A stretch of DNA of 64,000 bases from an uncultured Acidobacteriaceae bacterium (GTDB taxonomy: Bacteria > Acidobacteriota > Terriglobia > Terriglobales > Acidobacteriaceae). Shown piece by piece: positions 57,818-64,000 of the stretch. Location of the stretch: contig CAVWSD010000002.1 of assembly GCA_963757575.1 (NCBI GenBank), forward strand, positions 255,069 through 319,068, given 5' to 3'. The position numbers were made by a program, and so were the translations under genes. The notes under the pieces are model-generated. The model saw only the letters and a program-made list of their open reading frames with translations. It had not been told where the DNA came from and searched no databases. Positions within the stretch are counted from its first letter, which is position 1. Each line of letters opens with the position of its first letter.

Positions 57818-59023
57818 ATGCCTACCGATACCAAGGTCGGCGGAGTCGCCGCCCATAGGACAGAATCGAAGGGAGCTATTCGCAGTAAATCAGGAAGGAA
57901 AATTGGCGGTGTAGACCCCAAAATGGGGCACGAGAGGTATGCGGCCCCCGCCGCTGGGCCTGCTGCCCCTGCTCACAGTGATTTCATCTGGAACGGCGGA
58001 CCCGTTCTCACTTGCCCCTTTATGTACGCCACCTTCTGGGGACCTTCCTGGACCAGCAGCCCTGCCGGACTTGCGGAAGCTGCGCGGCTTTCTCAGTTCC
58101 TGCAGGATCTGGGCAATAGCCAGTTCATGAACGTGCTCAGTCAGTACGGCGTCGGCAGTGGTCCCGGTACGGCTCTGTTCCTGCAGGCGTCCTTCATCAG
58201 CAATGTCCAGGCCAACGTCAGCGATACCGACATTCACAACGTTATCCAGGGAGCGATCAATTCTGGCGCGATCCCTGAGCCTCCGGCCAATAACAAAACC
58301 CACTGCATCATCATCTATCTCGATTCGAGCATCGCTGTCAGAGATACGAGTCTTGGCATCACGATGTGCGAGCCGGGGGGAGACACCGCCTTCGGGTATC
58401 ACTTCTTCTTTACCACGGCGAAGGGCAACTCCTGCTATTACTCTGTGATCCCCGCTCTTGATGATACCTGCCTGAACAACACTGGCTGCGGCGGCGGTGG
58501 TTGCTCGCTCTCGCTTTCACAAACTCAGGAACAAAGGCGCACTCAGGTCACAAGTCACGAATTTGCTGAAATGGCTACCGACCCAGCCTTCCCAAGCGGA
58601 TGGTTCGGCCCATCGAGCGACGAGAATGGCGACATCTGCAACGGTGAAGCCGACTCCATCACGGTCGGGGCAAACACCTGGGATGTCCAACGGACCTACA
58701 GCAAAACGGATGATATTGCCACCAACGGTGCTTCCTTCTGCCGCGCCACCGCTCCGAGTCCGATACCGAAGCTCAGTCCCGGTCCTTCGGCCGTCACTGC
58801 CGCGATGACTTCGGCTCAGCATTTCGGCCACTACAAAACATTCCTTCCGCTCCCCAACGTTTTCCACGACGCAAAGTCCCTGCAAACGAGTTGGGACAAC
58901 AAAGAAGTCGAGCGTTATTCGCGGCGGTTCTTCTATCCACTCCATCCCGACAACGTACTCGGCAACTTCGCGGACACGCTCAGACAATTTGCCAATGTTC
59001 TCGATCAGGGGAAGAAGAAGTAG
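57818..59023 (+). CDS. hypothetical protein (401 aa), no signal peptide, atypical codon usage
   Basis: ORF 57767..59023; AAGGAG-7nt-ATG at 57818. GGPVLTCPFMYATFWGPSW, CIIIYLD, FGYHFFF, CGGGGC, SHEFAEMATDP, ENGDIC. More A/T-ending codons than the neighbours. Confidence 0.75.
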   Translation: MPTDTKVGGVAAHRTESKGAIRSKSGRKIGGVDPKMGHERYAAPAAGPAAPAHSDFIWNGGPVLTCPFMYATFWGPSWTSSPAGLAEAARLSQFLQDLGNSQFMNVLSQYGVGSGPGTALFLQASFISNVQANVSDTDIHNVIQGAINSGAIPEPPANNKTHCIIIYLDSSIAVRDTSLGITMCEPGGDTAFGYHFFFTTAKGNSCYYSVIPALDDTCLNNTGCGGGGCSLSLSQTQEQRRTQVTSHEFAEMATDPAFPSGWFGPSSDENGDICNGEADSITVGANTWDVQRTYSKTDDIATNGASFCRATAPSPIPKLSPGPSAVTAAMTSAQHFGHYKTFLPLPNVFHDAKSLQTSWDNKEVERYSRRFFYPLHPDNVLGNFADTLRQFANVLDQGKKK

Positions 59024-59072
59024 ACCCTTCAGGTGGTTCGCGGCTGACGCGGACCACCGCTCTCCTTTCCGA

Positions 59073-59212
59073 CAAAACGTCCCCGGACCGCAACGCCCCT
59101 CCCGCGGCTTCTCCCACCGCGTCGGACACTTTTTCTCGCGTCTCTTCGGCGCAGAGCAGTAGGTAGGCCCGTGCGGGCAGGTGTGCTCAGCTGAAAATGC
59201 GGTCATATATCT
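59073..59212 (+). repeat. direct repeat, right copy (decayed relic of the 56257..57471 gene end)
   Basis: Still translates ...RGFSHRVGHFFSRLFGAEQ* (stop 59160..59162) but has no plausible upstream gene body. Confidence 0.8.
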
Positions 59213-59248
59213 GCTGGACGCTAGCCGAGTCAGCCAGTTCTCGACAGA

Positions 59249-60261
59249 CTACGCGGAGAAGTCCAGCAAGACCTTTTCCTGTCCCGCCTCACCATCGGCC
59301 AGGCGTACTGCTTCTTGGAAATCCCTGGCTAAATACCGCACAGTCGAAGGCGGCGTGAGTGCTCCATTCGAAAACATGGTGAGAAGATCACTCGTCGCTG
59401 CACGCACTTCGGCCAGCGGCTGGGAAGGCACCCAACGCGGAAGCCACCACCCGCGAACCGTTGCTGTCGAATAAATCAAACGCGGAGCAAAGAGCGGCAT
59501 GGTGAACTTTGCGGGGTCCGTCTGCCGGTGACTCGAAAGGGCTCCATACACAAGCATGGTTCCACCAGGAGAGAGGTTGCGGGCAACCTCAGCGCCAAGT
59601 TCGCCGGCAACACAATCAATCGCTCGTTCAACGCCCTTGGCCCGCAGGTCAATTCGTTCAGGCGCGCTTTGAGATCTTCGTCGGCTGTGCAGATTACCTC
59701 ATCGCCTCCGAGGTTCCGAATGATCGATTCCTGCTCGCGCCGCCGGATGACGTTGATTGTCTTGAATCGATACTGCTGCGCCAATTGGAGTACCAACTTC
59801 CCGACACTGGATGCAGCCGCTGTCTGTAGGAGCCAGTCGCCCTCCTTGAGGTTATGAGCCGATCTGGTCAATGCCCATGCTGTCAAAGGATTGATGTAGG
59901 CAGTGGCCGCGGCCGCATCGTCGAGGCCCTCTGGAACGGGTACGAGTTTGTCGGCTGAGCACACGATCCGCTCCCGCCAGGTGTTCCACGTATCCACGAA
60001 AACTACGCGCATTCCAACCATAGGACCTTGCACGCCCGGACCTACAGCCTCCACAATCCCGACGCCTTCAATGCCCGGGCTGGCTGGCAACTTCGGCTGA
60101 TAGCCATAGCGCCCGCGCACCATGTGAAGATCGGATGCGTTGATCGGGCTCAGCAGAACCCGGACGAGCGCTTCGCCAGGGGCCAACGGCGGCACAGGAA
60201 TCTCTTCCAGCGTCAACACGCTCTTCGGTTCACCGGTCTCGCGAAAGATCAGTGCTTTCAT
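59249..60261 (-). pseudogene. MDR-family NADPH:quinone oxidoreductase / Zn-independent alcohol dehydrogenase-like, one frame change at 59641-59643
   Basis: GAGGAGG + ATG 60261: MKALIFRETGEPKSVLTLEEIPVPPLAPGEALVRVL...DLKARLNELTCG. It continues in ORF 59249..59557's frame as AKGVERAIDCVAGELGAEVARNLSPGGTMLVYGALS... The join is a GGG run (plus-strand CCC 59641-43) that appears one base short. Confidence 0.75.
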
Positions 60262-60343
60262 CGATGCCTCCTCGGTTTTCAGGTAATGGCTGATTCGGTC
60301 GGATGGATTGCCTTCTCTCGACCCCCTAAACAGAGTGTGATCC

Positions 60344-62176
60344 TCAGGTGGAAGGGAGGGTAGCAGACTCACTCGTCGCATTCGTGAGCGGGCCGTTGTC
60401 GAACGCCTTCACCTTTTCCGTGCAGGCGATCATCACGATCTTCGCCGGCGCGCTCCCGTCGTTGCCCGTAATCGTGCTCTCGTCCACATTGCGCAGCACG
60501 ATCGCCCGCGGCTCCTGCCCTGTCGGCCGCAGTGTGTCGCAGCCGTTGAAGCGGTTCGACTCCACATCGAGCCAGGTTGCTCCGCCGCAATAGATGGCCG
60601 GGCCGCCCAGATCGCGGAAGGTATTGCGCTGCACCGTGATTCCTTCGTTGACGCGAGCGGTCGGCGTCGCCGCCGCGCTGCGCTCCGGTTGGGTGTCAAT
60701 GGTGATCGCGCCCCGCTCCGCGCCGGGCCCGAGGTTGCGCTGGTCTGGGTTGCAGTCACTGAAGTTGCAGTCACTGAAATTGCAATCAGTGATGTGGACG
60801 TTCTCCACCACCGGTCCGCGCATGCGTACGAGGTCCGGAGCCAAAACGATCGCCGGCCCGGCATAGCCGCTGAAGCTGCTGTTGCCCACGCGAACGCGCG
60901 ATTGCGCCACCAGCCCGGCGGATGGGCCGCCGCGGAATTTGGAGTCGTCCATCTTCAACTGTGCCTGATTGGTCGCGCTGAGGCAGAAGAGTGTGCCCTT
61001 TCCAACCGCGGGCGAAAGCGTCTCGCTGAAGGTAAGCTGCATACCGCCCGGCACCGCCTCCGCTTTGGTGACGGCAATCTCTCCCAGCAGCTTCAGGCTG
61101 GGCCCCTGGCTGATCTGCATGTACGTGCCTTGTATAGGAAGCAGCCACTTCGGAACCGGTTTGCCATCCGTGCTGGCCAGCACGGCGACCTGTGGATCGC
61201 TCACCTGGCTCAGGCGCCAGTACGACTGCTGCACCCGCATTCCCGCGCCCGCGGTCCCCTGGATCAACGCATGTTGGACGTCCACCGTGCCGGTGGAATC
61301 CAGTATCTCGACCCCGCCGCCGCAGCTCGAGATCAGCCGTCCGCCGCCAGGATGCGGCATCACCCGCACCGTGTCCAGCGTGATATCACGGCAGCCGGAG
61401 AGCACCACCGCCGCGCCCGGCGCGGTATGGAAGACCACCGCCTCAAGCAGGACCTGCTCGCACCCCTCCAGCCGCAGTGCCGCTCCATAGCTAGCAGATA
61501 GGTCGCCGGCAGGATGAAGCAGCACAATCTTGTCGCCAACCCGGAAGGCGGCGCGCTCGGTAAGCGCAATCTCCAGCGTCTGGCTGCCGCGCAACTGGGC
61601 CGACGCGATACCGTACGCATTCACGCCGCTGGGGCTGGGCGATGTGCCCTTGCCGAAGCCGAGCAACGCATGTACGCGCTCCGACCCATCCACCGGATAG
61701 GCCCGATCGACCGCAATCGTCACGCTGCGGTCAGTCGCTGCGCGTACCACGCCCTGCGAAAAGGGCGGCCGTGTCCAGTCGACGGTGATGTCATGTACTT
61801 CGAGATCCTTGCAGTCTGTCAGCCGAAGCGGCTGCGTGGCGCCGGCGAAAGAGAGCTCCGCGCCATTGCCGAAGATCTCCAGGCCCTCGTAATCGCGGAA
61901 GTCCATGAGGACCGAGTTGGATCCGGCAAAGGTGTACCTGCCGGCGGGAAAGACCAGCCGCGCGTTGCGCTTCGCCAGCGAGGCAATGGCCTTCTGCACA
62001 GCGGCGGTCGCGTCCTTCTCCCCGGTCGGGTCCGCGCCGAAGTCCGCGACCGAAGCGCGCCGGGCGCTGCCCGCGGGCGTGTCCACCAGCGGCCACGTAC
62101 GGCGGCTTACCGCCAGCGCCGCACTCCCGGCCATAGCCGTTCTCACCGCCTGGGCCAGGAACTCCCGTCGCTGCAT
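60344..62176 (-). CDS. Tat-exported right-handed beta-helix protein (pectate-lyase-3 / GH28-related)
   Basis: ORF 60344..62239; ATG 62176 gives MQRREFLAQAVRTAMAGSAALAVS. ASVADFGADPTGEKDATAAVQKAIASL. Repetitive beta-helix turns. Confidence 0.75.
   Translation of the reverse strand: MQRREFLAQAVRTAMAGSAALAVSRRTWPLVDTPAGSARRASVADFGADPTGEKDATAAVQKAIASLAKRNARLVFPAGRYTFAGSNSVLMDFRDYEGLEIFGNGAELSFAGATQPLRLTDCKDLEVHDITVDWTRPPFSQGVVRAATDRSVTIAVDRAYPVDGSERVHALLGFGKGTSPSPSGVNAYGIASAQLRGSQTLEIALTERAAFRVGDKIVLLHPAGDLSASYGAALRLEGCEQVLLEAVVFHTAPGAAVVLSGCRDITLDTVRVMPHPGGGRLISSCGGGVEILDSTGTVDVQHALIQGTAGAGMRVQQSYWRLSQVSDPQVAVLASTDGKPVPKWLLPIQGTYMQISQGPSLKLLGEIAVTKAEAVPGGMQLTFSETLSPAVGKGTLFCLSATNQAQLKMDDSKFRGGPSAGLVAQSRVRVGNSSFSGYAGPAIVLAPDLVRMRGPVVENVHITDCNFSDCNFSDCNPDQRNLGPGAERGAITIDTQPERSAAATPTARVNEGITVQRNTFRDLGGPAIYCGGATWLDVESNRFNGCDTLRPTGQEPRAIVLRNVDESTITGNDGSAPAKIVMIACTEKVKAFDNGPLTNATSESATLPST
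60748..60792 (-). repeat. 15-bp in-frame tandem repeat x3 inside the beta-helix gene
   Basis: gttgcagtcactgaa gttgcagtcactgaa attgcaatcagtgat encodes ...ITDCNFSDCNFSDCN... Confidence 0.85.
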
Positions 62177-62346
62177 TGTCGCTGCTACTCCTCGAAATCG
62201 AATCGAAGCATTCGCAAGGAACGCATGTGCCGCCAACATAGCAGCGAAGCTGCTGCGCTACAATTCATCTTTAGGTGCGCGGGCCCGCCCTCGACCGCCA
62301 CACTCCTCGCAGCACTTCAACCACTTCTCAAGGAGCCTTATCCGTT

Positions 62347-62907
62347 ATGGCGATCCCCGCCACCCAGATGCGTCCGGGCATGATCATCAAGCACAACAAC
62401 GAGCTGCACGCCGTTTTCAGCGTGGAGCACCGTACCCCCGGCAACCTGCGCGCCTTCATTCAGGCCAAGCTCCGCAACCTGCGCACCGGCGCCATGTTCG
62501 AGCACCGCTTCCGCTCCCCGGACCCCATCGAGCGGGTGATCGTTGACGAGATCTCAATGGACTTCCTCTATTCGGACGGCGACGACTACTACTTCATGAA
62601 CACCGAGAACTACGAGCAGACCCATCTCAAGCGGGACACGCTGGGCGACTCGGTCGAGTACCTCATCCCCAACCTGCAGATCCGCGTCTCGTTCTTCGAC
62701 GGGGTGGCGGTGGGCATCGAGCTGCCGCAAACAGTAGAGATGACCGTCGTGCAGACGGAGCCCGGACTGAAGTCGGCGACCGCGTCCTCTGTAACCAAGC
62801 CAGCCACACTCGAAACCGGCTTGGTCGTGCAGGTACCGCCGTTCATCAATGAGGGCGAAAAGATTCGAGTAGATACCGCCGAGGGCGCTTACCTCTCGCG
62901 TGCGTAG
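62347..62907 (+). CDS. efp: translation elongation factor P
   Basis: ORF 62275..62907; AAGGAG + ATG 62347: MAIPATQMRPGMIIKHNN... Loop HRTPGNLRAFIQAKLRNLRTG. C-terminal GEKIRVDTAEGAYLSRA. Confidence 0.9.
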   Translation: MAIPATQMRPGMIIKHNNELHAVFSVEHRTPGNLRAFIQAKLRNLRTGAMFEHRFRSPDPIERVIVDEISMDFLYSDGDDYYFMNTENYEQTHLKRDTLGDSVEYLIPNLQIRVSFFDGVAVGIELPQTVEMTVVQTEPGLKSATASSVTKPATLETGLVVQVPPFINEGEKIRVDTAEGAYLSRA

Positions 62908-62922
62908 ATGCGCAGCCGTATA

Positions 62923-62948
62923 TCGGGGCGGGCTCCTGTCTGCCCCGA
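62923..62948. terminator. hairpin between convergent efp and VOC genes
   Basis: tcggggc / gccccga 7-bp stem with a 12-nt loop. Confidence 0.4.
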
Positions 62949-62952
62949 AGCT

Positions 62953-63366
62953 CTACTGTCCGGCTCCTGGCATTCCCACCATCCACCCCACACCAAACTT
63001 ATCCGTGCACATGCCGAATAGCGGTGACCAGAAGGTTGGAGCCAGAGGCATCTGGACACTTCCGCCCTCTTTGAGTGCTTCGTAGATTCTCTTGACCTCG
63101 GCTTCGTCCTTTGACTCTGTGCAAACCTGGAAACCGCCGAGCGGCGTTGATCTGCCAGGGGGAGTGTCGCAGCCCATCAGGCGTCCGTCGCCGAGCGGGA
63201 TCGATGCGTGCATGATCTTGTCCTTCCAATCCGGCGGCACCGGCGCACTTTCCGTAGCATCCCCGTACTTCATCTGGAAGAGCTGCTTGGTTTTGAATAC
63301 CTGCGCGTAGAAGGCAAAAGCCTCGGCGCAATTTCCCTGGAAATTCAAATGCACGCTCATCTGCAT
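62953..63366 (-). CDS. VOC-superfamily PhnB-like protein
   Basis: ORF 62953..63534; ATG 63366 gives MQMSVHLNFQGNCAEAFAFYAQVF...IMHASIPLGDGRLMGCD... Confidence 0.75.
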   Translation of the reverse strand: MQMSVHLNFQGNCAEAFAFYAQVFKTKQLFQMKYGDATESAPVPPDWKDKIMHASIPLGDGRLMGCDTPPGRSTPLGGFQVCTESKDEAEVKRIYEALKEGGSVQMPLAPTFWSPLFGMCTDKFGVGWMVGMPGAGQ

Positions 63367-63543
63367 GGTTGTCTCCGCTCCTTTAAATTCGGGGATGTGC
63401 CTCGTACCGCTTCGGCTAGCCTTTATCCGGCAGCTTGAGCTACATCTGAGGAGTCTACGCCGCAAACGTGGATATGGGAGCCTGGCGCTGTCGCGCCGCT
63501 TGCGCTCACTCGCACGCTCTGCAACACTGAGCACTCAGCCGCT

Positions 63544-63825
63544 ATGGTCCGCTACTACCTCGTCAAAGGCCGCGTGCAGGGCGTGGGCTTCCGCTGGTTC
63601 GTGCATCGCGAAGCTGCGGCGCTGGGCCTGCGCGGCTGGGTGCGCAACACGGAAAGCGGTCACGTCGAAGTGGTTGCCGCGGGCGAACAATCAACCCTCG
63701 AACGTCTGCAGGCTGCGTTGACCAAAGGCTCACGCGGAAGCCGCGTGGATATCATCGAACGACGTGATCTCGATCCCAGCGAGGGCCAAGACCTGGGACC
63801 ATTTCAGATTGAAGGAGCCTGGTAG
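63544..63825 (+). CDS. acyP: acylphosphatase
   Basis: [13 protein letters not shown] and GLRGWVRN signatures; 93 aa. Confidence 0.9.
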   Translation: MVRYYLVKGRVQGVGFRWFVHREAAALGLRGWVRNTESGHVEVVAAGEQSTLERLQAALTKGSRGSRVDIIERRDLDPSEGQDLGPFQIEGAW

Positions 63826-63833
63826 ATCCGAGC

Positions 63834-64000
63834 ATGTCCACGAAAGCGATGAACATGAATCCGTCCAATATGGAACCCATCAATTGCGAGCCGCTCAAGC
63901 GCCTGGTGCGCACCGTTCCGGATTTTCCCAAGCCGGGCATTCTGTTCTACGACATCACCACGCTGTTGAAAGACCGTCTCGGCTTTGCCATGCTGATCGA
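63834..64000 (+). CDS. apt: adenine phosphoribosyltransferase (5' part; leaves the window)
   Basis: Own translation from ATG 63834: [55 protein letters not shown]... Confidence 0.8.
   Translation, partial: MSTKAMNMNPSNMEPINCEPLKRLVRTVPDFPKPGILFYDITTLLKDRLGFAMLI

Noticed and set aside
58553-58585. SHEFAEMATDP read as a zinc-metalloprotease HEXXH site
   Set aside because: The motif is HEFAE: the second His is Glu and there is no downstream third ligand pattern that I recognise. I make no protease call.
58995-59162. 55-aa ORF ending in ...GHFFSRLFGAEQ*
   Set aside because: It overlaps the end of 57818..59023, lacks an RBS, and only its tail is homologous to a real gene. I interpret it as the relic copy of the duplicated 3' end, not a gene.
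57472-59162. Calling the insertion a mobile element or genomic island
   Set aside because: There is no integrase, transposase, inverted terminal repeats or tRNA target. I report only the direct repeats and the atypical composition.
1-64000. tRNA, rRNA or tmRNA genes in the intergenic gaps
   Set aside because: Scanning the gaps by eye, I found no T-loop-like GGTTCGAATCC/GTTCAAATC motif with a matching acceptor stem. This is a manual scan, so a tRNAscan/Infernal run would be needed to be certain.

Overview
GC-rich bacterial chromosomal window with about 63 protein-coding genes on both strands. I recognised no rRNA, tRNA, CRISPR array, transposase or integrase. The content looks like a soil Acidobacteriota (Terriglobia-like) genome, which is inference only: Tat-exported glycoside hydrolases (GH1, GH2, GH15, GH144-like, beta-helix), S10 and M1 peptidases, many small DinB/VOC/SRPBCC proteins, an ECF sigma/anti-sigma pair, soluble PAS/GAF histidine kinases, and 'gtcatcctgagc..cgaagg' intergenic repeats. 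Backbone genes: a co-directional minus-strand array (17.5-29.0 kb) joining two glucan hydrolases to tkt, a YihX-like HAD phosphatase, gnd, zwf, pgl and glk; copC-copD; trpE and trpG; gdh; pgsA; sodA; and two EF-P family genes (EfpL/YeiP-type at 2.6 kb, EF-P at 62.3 kb). Worth a second look: (1) a 1.7-kb compositionally atypical single-gene insertion at 57.5-59.2 kb, bracketed by a diverged duplication of the upstream gene's 3' end; (2) an orphan GvpL/GvpF-family gene closing a run of unknown membrane/coiled-coil ORFs (45.4-48.0 kb), with no other gas-vesicle genes nearby; (3) six single-base frame disruptions within 1.14 kb across a RibD_C/DHFR-like gene and copD, plus isolated frameshifts in a methyltransferase and a quinone oxidoreductase. 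Several sit at homopolymers, so assembly error is a live alternative to pseudogenisation; (4) two short dispersed repeat families, one abutting TAG stop codons; (5) two receiver-like proteins lacking the phospho-acceptor Asp. I see no recognisable defence island, biosynthetic cluster or prophage. All family calls are made by eye from motifs and remembered reference sequences; no searches were run.
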